Source of the DNA: Eledone cirrhosa
Lineage: Eukaryota
Length of the DNA: 64,000 nucleotides
Assembly: GCA_964016885.1 (NCBI GenBank)
Contig: OZ024741.1
Coordinates: 408,828,001-408,892,000 of the forward strand
Direction: 5' to 3'
The position numbers were made by a program, and so were the translations under genes. This document shows positions 26,690 to 41,600 of the stretch, piece by piece (the first letter of the stretch is position 1; the number at the start of each line of letters is the position of its first letter). Under the pieces are notes generated by a model. It had not been told where the DNA came from, searched no databases, and saw only the letters and a list, made by a program, of their open reading frames with translations.

Positions 26690-29600
26690 TATTTTAAAAG
26701 GAAGACTGTGTACCTATTTTAAAAGGAAGACTGTACCTATTTTAAAAGGAAGACTGTGTACCTATTTTAAAAGGGAGACTATGTACCTATTTTAAAAGGA
26801 AGACTGTACCTATTTTAAAAGGAAGACTGTGTACCTATTTTAAAAGGAAGATTGTACCTATTTTAAAAGGAAGACTGTACCTATTTTAAAAGGAAGACTG
26901 TGTACCTATTTTAAAAGGAAGACTGTACCTATTTTAAAAGGGAGACTGTGTACCTATTTTAAAAGGAAGAATGTAGCTATTTTAAAAGGAAGACTGTACC
27001 TATTTTAAAAGGAAGACTGTACCTATTTTAATAGGAAGACTGCGTACCTATTTTAAAAGGGAGACTGTACCTATTTAAAAACGAACACTGTACCTATTTT
27101 AAAAGGAAGACTGTGTACCTATTTTAAATGGAAGACTGTGTACCTATTTTAAAAGGAAGATTGTACCTATTTTAAAAGGAAGACTGTACCTATTTAAAAA
27201 AAAAGACTGTGTACCTATTTTAAAAGGAAGACCGTGTACATATTTTAAAAGGAAGACTGTACCTATTTTAAAAAAGAGACTGTGTGCCTATTTTAAAAGG
27301 GAGACCGTGTACCTATTTTAAAAGGGAGACTGTACATATTTTAAAAGGAAGACTGTGTACCTATTTTAAAAGGGAGAATGTGTACCTATTTTAAAAGGGA
27401 GACTGTGTACATATTTTAAAAGAAAGACTGTACGTCTTTGAAAAGCGAGACTGTGTAACTATTTTAAAAAAAAGACTGTATCTATTTTAAAAGGAAGACT
27501 GTACCTATTTAAAAAAAAGGATTTTGTACCTATTTTAAAAGGAAGACTGTACCTATTTTAAAAGGAAGACTGTACCTATTTTAAAAGGAAGACTGTGTAC
27601 CTATTTTAAAAGGAAGACTGTGTACCTATTTTAAAAGGGAGACTGTACCTATTTTAAAAGGAAGACTGTACCTATTTTAAAAGGAAGACTGTGTACCTAT
27701 TTTAAAAGCGAGACTGTACTTATTTTAAAAGGAACACTGTACCTATTTTAAAAGGAAGATTGTGTACCTATTTTAAAAGGAAGACTGTACCTATTTTAAA
27801 AGGAAGACTGTGTACCTATTTTAAAAGGGAGACTATGTACCTATTTTAAAAGGAAGACTGTACCTATTTTAAAAGGAAGACTGTGTACCTATTTTAAAAG
27901 GAAGACTGTACCTATTTTAAAAGGAAGACTGTGTACCTATTTTAAAAGGAAGACTGTACCTATTTTAAAAGGGAGACTGTGTACCTATTTTAAAACAAAG
28001 AATGTACCTATTTTAAAAGGAAGACTGTACCTATTTTAAAAGGAAGACTGTACCTATTTTAAAAGGAAGACTGCGTACCTATTTTAAAAGGGAGACTGTA
28101 CCTATTTAAAAAGGAACACTGTACCTATTTTAAAAGGAGGACTGTGTACCTATTTTAAAAGGGAGACTATGTACCTATCTTAAAAGGAAGACTGTACCTA
28201 TTTTAAAAGGAAGACTGCGTACCTATTTTAAAAGGGAGACTGTACCTATTTAAAAAGGAACACTGTACCTATTTTAAAAGGAGGACTGTGTACCTATTTT
28301 AAAAGGGAGACTGTACATATTTTAAAAGGGAGACTGTACCTATTTTAAAAGGAAGACTGTGTACCTATTTTAAAAGGAAGACTGTGTACCTATTTTAAAA
28401 GGGAGACTGTACCTATTTTAAAAGGAAGACTGTACCTATTTTAAAAGGAAGACTGTGTACCTATTTTAAAAGGGAGACTGTACCTATTTTAAAAGGAAGA
28501 CTGTGTACCTATTTTAAAAGGAAGACTGTACCTATTTTAAAAGGAAGACTGTACCTATTTTAAAAGGAAGACTGTACCTATTTTAAAAGGAAGACTGCGT
28601 ACCTATTTTAAAAGGGAGACTATGTACCTATTTTAAAAGGAAGAATGTACCTATTTTAAAAGGGAGACTGTGTACCTATTTTAAAAGGAAGACTGTGTAC
28701 CTAATTTAAAAGGAAGACTGTGAACCTATTTTAAAAGGGAGAATGTGTACCTATTTTAAAAGGGAGACTGTGTACCTATTTTAAAAGAAAGACTGTACGT
28801 CTTTGAAAAGCGAGACTGTGTACCTATTAAAAAAAAAAGACTGTATCTATTTTAAAAGGAAGACTGTACCTATTTAAAAAAAGGATTGTGTACCTATTTT
28901 AAAAGGAAGACTGTACCTATTTTAAAAGGAAGACTGTACCTATTTTAAAAGGAAGACTGTGTACCTATTTTAAAAGGAAGACTGTGTACCTATTTTAAAA
29001 GGGAGACTGTACCTATTTTAAAAGGAAGACTGTACCTATTTTAAAAGGAAGACTGTGTACCTATTTTAAAAGCGAGACTGTACTTATATTAAAAGGAACA
29101 CTGTACCTATTTTAAAAGGAAGATTGTGTACCTATTTTAAAAGGAAGACTGTGTACCTATTTTAAAAGGAAGACTGTACCTATTTTAAAAGGAAGACAAC
29201 CTATTTTAAAATAAGTCTGTGTACCTATTTTAAAAGGAAGACTGTACCTATTTTAAAAGGGAGACTGTACCTCTTTTAAAAGGGAGACTGTACCTATTTT
29301 AAAAGAAAGACTGTGTTTCCTATTTTAAAAGAAAGACTGTGTACCAATTTTAAAAGGGAGACTGTACCTATTTTAAAAGGAAGACTGTAGCTATTTTAAA
29401 AGGAAGACTGTGTACCTATTTTAAAAGGGAGACTGTACCTATTTTAAAAGGAAAACTGTACCTATTTTAAAAGGAAGATTGTGTACCTATTTTAAAAGGA
29501 AGACTGTGTACCTATTTTAAAAGGAAGACTGTACCTATTTTAAAAGGAAGACTGTGTACCTATTTTAAAAGGGAGACTATGTACCTATTTTAAAAGGAAG

Positions 29601-32600
29601 ACTGTACCTATTTTAAAAGGAAGACTGTACCTATTTTAAAAGGAAGACTGTACCTATTTTAAAAAAGAGACTGTGTACCTATTTTAAAAGGAAGACTGTA
29701 CCTATTTTAAAAGGGAGACTGTGTTCCTATTTTAAAAGGAAGACCGTACCTATGTTAAAAGGGAGACTGTGTACCTATTTTAAAAGGAAGACTGTACCTA
29801 TTTTAAAAGGGAGACAGTGTACCTATTTTAAAAGGAAGACTGTGTACCTATTTTAAAAGGAAGACTGTACCTATTTTAAAAGGAAGACTACCTATTTTAA
29901 AATAAGACTGTGTACCTATTTTAAAAGGAAGACTGTACCTATTTTAAAAGGGAGACTGTACATATTTTCAAGGGGAGACTGTACCTATTTTAAAAGGAAG
30001 ACTGTGTACCTATTTTAAAAGGAAGACTGTGTACCTATTTTAAAGGGGAGACTGTACCTATTTTAAAAGTAAGACTGTACCCATTTTAAAAGGAAGACTG
30101 TGTACCTATTTTAAAAGGGAGACTGTACCTATTTTAAAAGGAAGACTGTGTACCTATTTTAAAAGGAAGACTGTACCTATTTTAAAAGGAAAACTGTGTA
30201 CCTATTTTAAAAGGGAGACTATGTACCTATTTTAAAAGGAAGACTGTACCTATTTTAAAAGGAAGACTGTGTACGTATCTTAAAAGGAAGATTGTACCTA
30301 TTTTAAAAGGAAGACTGTACCTATTTTAAAAGGAAGACTGTGTACCTATTTTAAAAGGAAGACTGTACCTATTTTAAAAGGGAGACTGTGTACCTATTTT
30401 AAAAGGAAGAATGTAGCTATTTTAAAAGGAAGACTGTACCTATTTTAAAAGGAAGACTGTACCTATTTTAAAAGGAAGACTGCGTACCTATTTTAAAAGG
30501 GAGACTGTACCTATTTTAAAACGAACACTGTACCTATTTTAAAAGGAAGACTGTGTACCTATTTTAAAAGGGAGACTATGTACCTATTTTAAATGGAAGA
30601 CTGTGTACCTATTTTAAAAGGAAGATTGTACCTATTTTAAAAGGAAGACTGTACCTATTTAAAAAAAAAGACTGTGTACCTATTTTAAAAGGAAGACCGT
30701 GTACATATTTTAAAAGGAAGACTGTACCTATTTTAAAAAAGAGACTGTGTGCCTATTTTAAAAGGGAGACCGTGTACCTATTTTAAAAGGGAGACTGTAC
30801 CTATTTTAAAAGGAAGACTGTGTACCTATTTTAAAAGGGAGAATGTGTACCTATTTTAAAAGGGAGACTGTGTACCTATTTTAAAAGAAAGACTGTACGT
30901 CTTTGAAAAGCGAGACTGTGTAACTATTTAAAAAAAAAGACTGTATCTATTTTAAAAGGAAGACTGTACCTATTTTTAAAAAAAGGATTTTGTACCTATT
31001 TTAAAAGGAAGACTGTATCTATTTTAAAAGGAAGACTGTACCTATTTTAAATGGAAGACTGTGTACCTATTTTAAAAGGAAGACTGTGTACCTATTTTAA
31101 AAGGGAGACTGTACCTATTTTAAAAGGAAGACTGTACCTATTTTAAAAGGAAGACTGTGTACCTATTTTAAAAGCGAGACTGTACTTATTTTAAAAGGAA
31201 CACTGTACCTATTTTAAAAGGAAGATTGTGTACCTATTTTAAAAGGAAGACTGTACCTATTTTAAAAGGAAGACTGTGTACCTATTTTAAAAGGGAGACT
31301 ATGTACCTATTTTAAAAGGAAGACTGTACCTATTTTAAAAGGAAGACTGTGTACCTATTTTAAAAGGAAGATTGTACCTATTTTAAAAGGAAGACTGTAC
31401 CTATTTTAAAAGGAAGACTGTGTACCTATTTTAAAAGGAAGACTGTACCTATTTTAAAAGGGAGACTGTGTACCTATTTTAAAACAAAGAATGTACCTAT
31501 TTTAAAAGGAAGACTTACCTATTTTAAAAGGAAGACTGTGTACCTATTTTAAAAGGGAGACTGTACCTATTTTAAAAGGGAGACTGTGTACCTATTTTAA
31601 AACAAAGAATGTACCTATTTTAAAAGGAAGACTCTACCTATTTTAAAAGGAAGACTGTACCTATTTTAAAAGGAAGACTGCGTACCTATTTTAAAAGGGA
31701 GACTGTACCTATTTAAAAAGGAACACTGTACCTATTTTAAAAGGAGGACTGTGTACCTATTTTAAAAGGGAGACTATGTACCTATCTTAAAAGGAAGACT
31801 GTACCTATTTTAAAAGGAAGACTGTGTACCTATTTTAAAAGGAAGACTGTACCTATTTTAAAAGGAAGACTACCTATTTTAAAATAAGACTGTGTACCTA
31901 TTTTAAAAGGGAGACTGTACCTATTTTAAAAGGAAGACTGTACCTATTTTAAAAGGAAGACTGCGTACCTATTTTAAAAGGGAGACTATGTACCTATTTT
32001 AAAAGGAAGAATGTACCTATTTTAAAAGGGAGACTGTGTACCTATTTTAAAAGGAAGACTGTGTACCTAATTTAAAAGGAAGACTGTGTACCTATTTTAA
32101 AAGGGAGAATGTGTACCCATTTTAAAAGGGAGACTGTGTACCTATTTTAAAAGAAAGACTGTACGTCTTTGAAAAGCGAGACTGTGTACCTATTTAAAAA
32201 AAAGACTGTATCTATTTTAAAAGGAAGACTGTACCTATTTAAAAAAAGGATTGTGTACCTATTTTAAAAGGAAGACTGTACCTATTTTAAAAGGAAGACT
32301 GTACGTATTTTAAAAGGAAGACTGTGTACCTACTTTAAAAGGAAGACTGTGTACCTATTTTAAAAGGGAGACTGTACCTATTTTAAAAGGAAGACTGTAC
32401 CTATTTTAAAAGGAAGACTGTGTACCTATTTTAAAAGCGAGACTGTACTTATATTAAAAGGAACACTGTACCTATTTTAAAAGGAAGATTGTGTACCTAT
32501 TTTAAAAGGAAGACTGTGTACCTATTTTAAAAGGAAGACTGTACCTATTTTAAAAGGAAGACAACCTATTTTAAAATAAGTCTGTGTACCTATTTTAAAA

Positions 32601-35600
32601 GGAAGACTGTACCTATTTTAAAAGGGAGACTGTACCTATTTTAAAAGGGAGACTGTACCTATTTTAAAAGAAAGACTGTGTTTCCTATTTTAAAAGAAAG
32701 ACTGTGTACCAATTTTAAAAGGGAGACTGTACCTATTTTAAAAGTAAGACTGTACCCATTTTAAAAGGAAGACTGTGTACCTATTTTAAAAGGGAGACTC
32801 TACCTATTTTAAAAGGAAGACTGTGTACCTATTTTAAAAGGGAGACTGTACCTATTTTAAAAGGAAAACTGTACCTATTTTAAAAGGAAGATTGTGTACC
32901 TATTTTAAAAGGAAGACTGTGTACCTATTTTAAAAGGAAGACTGTACCTATTTTAAAAGGAAGACTGTGTACCTATTTTAAAAGGAAGACTGTACCTATT
33001 TTAAAAGGGAGACAGTGTACCTATTTTAAAAGGAAGACTGTGTACCTATTTTAAAAGGAAGACTGTACCTATTTTAAAAGGAAGACTACCTATTTTAAAA
33101 TAAGACTGTGTACCTATTTTAAAAGGAAGACTGTACCTATTTTAAAAGGGAGACTGTACATATTTTCAAAGGGAGACTGTACCTATTTTAAAAGGAAGAC
33201 TGTGTACCTATTTTAAAAGGAAGACTGTGTACCTATTTTAAAAGGGAGACTGTACCTATTTTAAAAGTAAGACTGTACCCATTTTAAAAGGAAGACTGTG
33301 TACCTATTTTAAAAGGGAGACTCTACCTATTTTAAAAGGAAGACTGTGTACCTATTTTAAAAGGAAGACTGTACCTATTTTAAAAGGAAGACTGTGTACC
33401 TATTTTAAAAGGGAGACTATGTACCTATTTTAAAAGGAAGACTGTACCTATTTTAAAAGGAAGACTGTGTACCTATTTTAAAAGGAAGATTGTACCTATT
33501 TTAAAAGGAAGACTGTACCTATTTTAAAAGGAAGACTGTGTACCTATTTTAAAAGGAAGACTGTACCTATTTTAAAAGGGAGACTGTGTACCTATTTTAA
33601 AAGGAAGAATGTAGCTATTTTAAAAGGAAGACTGTACCTATTTTAAAAGGAAGACTGTACCTATTTTAATAGGAAGACTGCGTACCTATTTTAAAAGGGA
33701 GACTGTACCTATTTAAAAACGAACACTGTACCTATTTTAAAAGGAAGACTGTGTACCTATTTTAAATGGAAGACTGTGTACCTATTTTAAAAGGAAGATT
33801 GTACCTATTTTAAAAGGAAGACTGTACCTATTTAAAAAAAAAGACTGTGTACCTATTTTAAAAGGAAGACCGTGTACATATTTTAAAAGGAAGACTGTAC
33901 CTATTTTAAAAAAGAGACTGTGTGCCTATTTTAAAAGGGAGACCGTGTACCTATTTTAAAAGGGAGACTGTACATATTTTAAAAGGAAGACTGTGTACCT
34001 ATTTTAAAAGGGAGAATGTGTACCTATTTTAAAAGGGAGACTGTGTACATATTTTAAAAGAAAGACTGTACGTCTTTGAAAAGCGAGACTGTGTAACTAT
34101 TTTAAAAAAAAGACTGTATCTATTTTAAAAGGAAGACTGTACCTATTTAAAAAAAAGGATTTTGTACCTATTTTAAAAGGAAGACTGTACCTATTTTAAA
34201 AGGAAGACTGCGTACCTATTTTAAAAGGGAGACTGTACCTATTTAAAAAGGAACACTGTACCTATTTTAAAAGGAGGACTGTGTACCTATTTTAAAAGGG
34301 AGACTATGTACCTATCTTAAAAGGAAGACTGTACCTATTTTAAAAGGAAGACTGTGTACCTATTTTAAAAGGAAGACTGTACCTATTTTAAAAGGAAGAC
34401 TACCTATTTTAAAATAAGACTGTGTACCTATTTTAAAAGGGAGACTGTACCTATTTTAAAAGGAAGACTGTACCTATTTTAAAAGGAAGACTGCGTACCT
34501 ATTTTAAAAGGGAGACTATGTACCTATTTTAAAAGGAAGAATGTACCTATTTTAAAAGGGAGACTGTGTACCTATTTTAAAAGGAAGACTGTGTACCTAA
34601 TTTAAAAGGAAGACTGTGTACCTATTTTAAAAGGGAGAATGTGTACCCATTTTAAAAGGGAGACTGTGTACCTATTTTAAAAGAAAGACTGTACGTCTTT
34701 GAAAAGCGAGACTGTGTACCTATTTAAAAAAAAGACTGTATCTATTTTAAAAGGAAGACTGTACCTATTTAAAAAAAGGATTGTGTACCTATTTTAAAAG
34801 GAAGACTGTACCTATTTTAAAAGGAAGACTGTACGTATTTTAAAAGGAAGACTGTGTACCTACTTTAAAAGGAAGACTGTGTACCTATTTTAAAAGGGAG
34901 ACTGTACCTATTTTAAAAGGAAGACTGTACCTATTTTAAAAGGAAGACTGTGTACCTATTTTAAAAGCGAGACTGTACTTATATTAAAAGGAACACTGTA
35001 CCTATTTTAAAAGGAAGATTGTGTACCTATTTTAAAAGGAAGACTGTGTACCTATTTTAAAAGGAAGACTGTACCTATTTTAAAAGGAAGACAACCTATT
35101 TTAAAATAAGTCTGTGTACCTATTTTAAAAGGAAGACTGTACCTATTTTAAAAGGGAGACTGTACCTATTTTAAAAGGGAGACTGTACCTATTTTAAAAG
35201 AAAGACTGTGTTTCCTATTTTAAAAGAAAGACTGTGTACCAATTTTAAAAGGGAGACTGTACCTATTTTAAAAGTAAGACTGTACCCATTTTAAAAGGAA
35301 GACTGTGTACCTATTTTAAAAGGGAGACTCTACCTATTTTAAAAGGAAGACTGTGTACCTATTTTAAAAGGGAGACTGTACCTATTTTAAAAGGAAAACT
35401 GTACCTATTTTAAAAGGAAGATTGTGTACCTATTTTAAAAGGAAGACTGTGTACCTATTTTAAAAGGAAGACTGTACCTATTTTAAAAGGAAGACTGTGT
35501 ACCTATTTTAAAAGGAAGACTGTACCTATTTTAAAAGGGAGACAGTGTACCTATTTTAAAAGGAAGACTGTGTACCTATTTTAAAAGGAAGACTGTACCT

Positions 35601-38600
35601 ATTTTAAAAGGAAGACTACCTATTTTAAAATAAGACTGTGTACCTATTTTAAAAGGAAGACTGTACCTATTTTAAAAGGGAGACTGTACATATTTTCAAA
35701 GGGAGACTGTACCTATTTTAAAAGGAAGACTGTGTACCTATTTTAAAAGGAAGACTGTGTACCTATTTTAAAAGGGAGACTGTACCTATTTTAAAAGTAA
35801 GACTGTACCCATTTTAAAAGGAAGACTGTGTACCTATTTTAAAAGGGAGACTCTACCTATTTTAAAAGGAAGACTGTGTACCTATTTTAAAAGGAAGACT
35901 GTACCTATTTTAAAAGGAAGACTGTGTACCTATTTTAAAAGGGAGACTATGTACCTATTTTAAAAGGAAGACTGTACCTATTTTAAAAGGAAGACTGTGT
36001 ACCTATTTTAAAAGGAAGATTGTACCTATTTTAAAAGGAAGACTGTACCTATTTTAAAAGGAAGACTGTGTACCTATTTTAAAAGGAAGACTGTACCTAT
36101 TTTAAAAGGGAGACTGTGTACCTATTTTAAAAGGAAGAATGTAGCTATTTTAAAAGGAAGACTGTACCTATTTTAAAAGGAAGACTGTACCTATTTTAAT
36201 AGGAAGACTGCGTACCTATTTTAAAAGGGAGACTGTACCTATTTAAAAACGAACACTGTACCTATTTTAAAAGGAAGACTGTGTACCTATTTTAAATGGA
36301 AGACTGTGTACCTATTTTAAAAGGAAGATTGTACCTATTTTAAAAGGAAGACTGTACCTATTTAAAAAAAAAGACTGTGTACCTATTTTAAAAGGAAGAC
36401 CGTGTACATATTTTAAAAGGAAGACTGTACCTATTTTAAAAAAGAGACTGTGTGCCTATTTTAAAAGGGAGACCGTGTACCTATTTTAAAAGGGAGACTG
36501 TACATATTTTAAAAGGAAGACTGTGTACCTATTTTAAAAGGGAGAATGTGTACCTATTTTAAAAGGGAGACTGTGTACATATTTTAAAAGAAAGACTGTA
36601 CGTCTTTGAAAAGCGAGACTGTGTAACTATTTTAAAAAAAAGACTGTATCTATTTTAAAAGGAAGACTGTACCTATTTAAAAAAAAGGATTTTGTACCTA
36701 TTTTAAAAGGAAGACTGTACCTATTTTAAAAGGAAGACTGTACCTATTTTAAAAGGAAGACTGTGTACCTATTTTAAAAGGAAGACTGTGTACCTATTTT
36801 AAAAGGGAGACTGTACCTATTTTAAAAGGAAGACTGTACCTATTTTAAAAGGAAGACTGTGTACCTATTTTAAAAGCGAGACTGTACTTATTTTAAAAGG
36901 AACACTGTACCTATTTTAAAAGGAAGATTGTGTACCTATTTTAAAAGGAAGACTGTACCTATTTTAAAAGGAAGACTGTGTACCTATTTTAAAAGGGAGA
37001 CTATGTACCTATTTTAAAAGGAAGACTGTACCTATTTTAAAAGGAAGACTGTGTACCTATTTTAAAAGGAAGACTGTACCTATTTTAAAAGGAAGACTGT
37101 GTACCTATTTTAAAAGGAAGACTGTACCTATTTTAAAAGGGAGACTGTGTACCTATTTTAAAACAAAGAATGTACCTATTTTAAAAGGAAGACTGTACCT
37201 ATTTTAAAAGGAAGACTGTACCTATTTTAAAAGGAAGACTGCGTACCTATTTTAAAAGGGAGACTGTACCTATTTAAAAAGGAACACTGTACCTATTTTA
37301 AAAGGAGGACTGTGTACCTATTTTAAAAGGGAGACTATGTACCTATCTTAAAAGGAAGACTGTACCTATTTTAAAAGGAAGACTGCGTACCTATTTTAAA
37401 AGGGAGACTGTACCTATTTAAAAAGGAACACTGTACCTATTTTAAAAGGAGGACTGTGTACCTATTTTAAAAGGGAGACTGTACATATTTTAAAAGGGAG
37501 ACTGTACCTATTTTAAAAGGAAGACTGTGTACCTATTTTAAAAGGAAGACTGTGTACCTATTTTAAAAGGGAGACTGTACCTATTTTAAAAGGAAGACTG
37601 TACCTATTTTAAAAGGAAGACTGTGTACCTATTTTAAAAGGGAGACTGTACCTATTTTAAAAGGAAGACTGTGTACCTATTTTAAAAGGAAGACTGTACC
37701 TATTTTAAAAGGAAGACTGTACCTATTTTAAAAGGAAGACTGTACCTATTTTAAAAGGAAGACTGCGTACCTATTTTAAAAGGGAGACTATGTACCTATT
37801 TTAAAAGGAAGAATGTACCTATTTTAAAAGGGAGACTGTGTACCTATTTTAAAAGGAAGACTGTGTACCTAATTTAAAAGGAAGACTGTGAACCTATTTT
37901 AAAAGGGAGAATGTGTACCTATTTTAAAAGGGAGACTGTGTACCTATTTTAAAAGAAAGACTGTACGTCTTTGAAAAGCGAGACTGTGTACCTATTAAAA
38001 AAAAAAGACTGTATCTATTTTAAAAGGAAGACTGTACCTATTTAAAAAAAGGATTGTGTACCTATTTTAAAAGGAAGACTGTACCTATTTTAAAAGGAAG
38101 ACTGTACCTATTTTAAAAGGAAGACTGTGTACCTATTTTAAAAGGAAGACTGTGTACCTATTTTAAAAGGGAGACTGTACCTATTTTAAAAGGAAGACTG
38201 TACCTATTTTAAAAGGAAGACTGTGTACCTATTTTAAAAGCGAGACTGTACTTATATTAAAAGGAACACTGTACCTATTTTAAAAGGAAGATTGTGTACC
38301 TATTTTAAAAGGAAGACTGTGTACCTATTTTAAAAGGAAGACTGTACCTATTTTAAAAGGAAGACAACCTATTTTAAAATAAGTCTGTGTACCTATTTTA
38401 AAAGGAAGACTGTACCTATTTTAAAAGGGAGACTGTACCTCTTTTAAAAGGGAGACTGTACCTATTTTAAAAGAAAGACTGTGTTTCCTATTTTAAAAGA
38501 AAGACTGTGTACCAATTTTAAAAGGGAGACTGTACCTATTTTAAAAGGAAGACTGTAGCTATTTTAAAAGGAAGACTGTGTACCTATTTTAAAAGGGAGA

Positions 38601-41600
38601 CTGTACCTATTTTAAAAGGAAAACTGTACCTATTTTAAAAGGAAGATTGTGTACCTATTTTAAAAGGAAGACTGTGTACCTATTTTAAAAGGAAGACTGT
38701 ACCTATTTTAAAAGGAAGACTGTGTACCTATTTTAAAAGGGAGACTATGTACCTATTTTAAAAGGAAGACTGTACCTATTTTAAAAGGAAGACTGTACCT
38801 ATTTTAAAAGGAAGACTGTACCTATTTTAAAAAAGAGACTGTGTACCTATTTTAAAAGGAAGACTGTACCTATTTTAAAAGGGAGACTGTGTTCCTATTT
38901 TAAAAGGAAGACCGTACCTATGTTAAAAGGGAGACTGTGTACCTATTTTAAAAGGAAGACTGTACCTATTTTAAAAGGGAGACAGTGTACCTATTTTAAA
39001 AGGAAGACTGTGTACCTATTTTAAAAGGAAGACTGTACCTATTTTAAAAGGAAGACTACCTATTTTAAAATAAGACTGTGTACCTATTTTAAAAGGAAGA
39101 CTGTACCTATTTTAAAAGGGAGACTGTACATATTTTCAAGGGGAGACTGTACCTATTTTAAAAGGAAGACTGTGTACCTATTTTAAAAGGAAGACTGTGT
39201 ACCTATTTTAAAGGGGAGACTGTACCTATTTTAAAAGTAAGACTGTACCCATTTTAAAAGGAAGACTGTGTACCTATTTTAAAAGGGAGACTGTACCTAT
39301 TTTAAAAGGAAGACTGTGTACCTATTTTAAAAGGAAGACTGTACCTATTTTAAAAGGAAAACTGTGTACCTATTTTAAAAGGGAGACTATGTACCTATTT
39401 TAAAAGGAAGACTGTACCTATTTTAAAAGGAAGACTGTGTACGTATCTTAAAAGGAAGATTGTACCTATTTTAAAAGGAAGACTGTACCTATTTTAAAAG
39501 GAAGACTGTGTACCTATTTTAAAAGGAAGACTGTACCTATTTTAAAAGGGAGACTGTGTACCTATTTTAAAAGGAAGAATGTAGCTATTTTAAAAGGAAG
39601 ACTGTACCTATTTTAAAAGGAAGACTGTACCTATTTTAAAAGGAAGACTGCGTACCTATTTTAAAAGGGAGACTGTACCTATTTTAAAACGAACACTGTA
39701 CCTATTTTAAAAGGAAGACTGTGTACCTATTTTAAAAGGGAGACTATGTACCTATTTTAAATGGAAGACTGTGTACCTATTTTAAAAGGAAGATTGTACC
39801 TATTTTAAAAGGAAGACTGTACCTATTTAAAAAAAAAGACTGTGTACCTATTTTAAAAGGAAGACCGTGTACATATTTTAAAAGGAAGACTGTACCTATT
39901 TTAAAAAAGAGACTGTGTGCCTATTTTAAAAGGGAGACCGTGTACCTATTTTAAAAGGGAGACTGTACCTATTTTAAAAGGAAGACTGTGTACCTATTTT
40001 AAAAGGGAGAATGTGTACCTATTTTAAAAGGGAGACTGTGTACCTATTTTAAAAGAAAGACTGTACGTCTTTGAAAAGCGAGACTGTGTAACTATTTAAA
40101 AAAAAAGACTGTATCTATTTTAAAAGGAAGACTGTACCTATTTTTAAAAAAAGGATTTTGTACCTATTTTAAAAGGAAGACTGTATCTATTTTAAAAGGA
40201 AGACTGTACCTATTTTAAATGGAAGACTGTGTACCTATTTTAAAAGGAAGACTGTGTACCTATTTTAAAAGGGAGACTGTACCTATTTTAAAAGGAAGAC
40301 TGTACCTATTTTAAAAGGAAGACTGTGTACCTATTTTAAAAGCGAGACTGTACTTATTTTAAAAGGAACACTGTACCTATTTTAAAAGGAAGATTGTGTA
40401 CCTATTTTAAAAGGAAGACTGTACCTATTTTAAAAGGAAGACTGTGTACCTATTTTAAAAGGGAGACTATGTACCTATTTTAAAAGGAAGACTGTACCTA
40501 TTTTAAAAGGAAGACTGTGTACCTATTTTAAAAGGAAGATTGTACCTATTTTAAAAGGAAGACTGTACCTATTTTAAAAGGAAGACTGTGTACCTATTTT
40601 AAAAGGAAGACTGTACCTATTTTAAAAGGGAGACTGTGTACCTATTTTAAAACAAAGAATGTACCTATTTTAAAAGGAAGACTTACCTATTTTAAAAGGA
40701 AGACTGTGTACCTATTTTAAAAGGGAGACTGTACCTATTTTAAAAGGGAGACTGTGTACCTATTTTAAAACAAAGAATGTACCTATTTTAAAAGGAAGAC
40801 TCTACCTATTTTAAAAGGAAGACTGTACCTATTTTAAAAGGAAGACTGCGTACCTATTTTAAAAGGGAGACTGTACCTATTTAAAAAGGAACACTGTACC
40901 TATTTTAAAAGGAGGACTGTGTACCTATTTTAAAAGGGAGACTATGTACCTATCTTAAAAGGAAGACTGTACCTATTTTAAAAGGAAGACTGTGTACCTA
41001 TTTTAAAAGGAAGACTGTACCTATTTTAAAAGGAAGACTACCTATTTTAAAATAAGACTGTGTACCTATTTTAAAAGGGAGACTGTACCTATTTTAAAAG
41101 GAAGACTGTACCTATTTTAAAAGGAAGACTGCGTACCTATTTTAAAAGGGAGACTATGTACCTATTTTAAAAGGAAGAATGTACCTATTTTAAAAGGGAG
41201 ACTGTGTACCTATTTTAAAAGGAAGACTGTGTACCTAATTTAAAAGGAAGACTGTGTACCTATTTTAAAAGGGAGAATGTGTACCCATTTTAAAAGGGAG
41301 ACTGTGTACCTATTTTAAAAGAAAGACTGTACGTCTTTGAAAAGCGAGACTGTGTACCTATTTAAAAAAAAGACTGTATCTATTTTAAAAGGAAGACTGT
41401 ACCTATTTAAAAAAAGGATTGTGTACCTATTTTAAAAGGAAGACTGTACCTATTTTAAAAGGAAGACTGTACGTATTTTAAAAGGAAGACTGTGTACCTA
41501 CTTTAAAAGGAAGACTGTGTACCTATTTTAAAAGGGAGACTGTACCTATTTTAAAAGGAAGACTGTACCTATTTTAAAAGGAAGACTGTGTACCTATTTT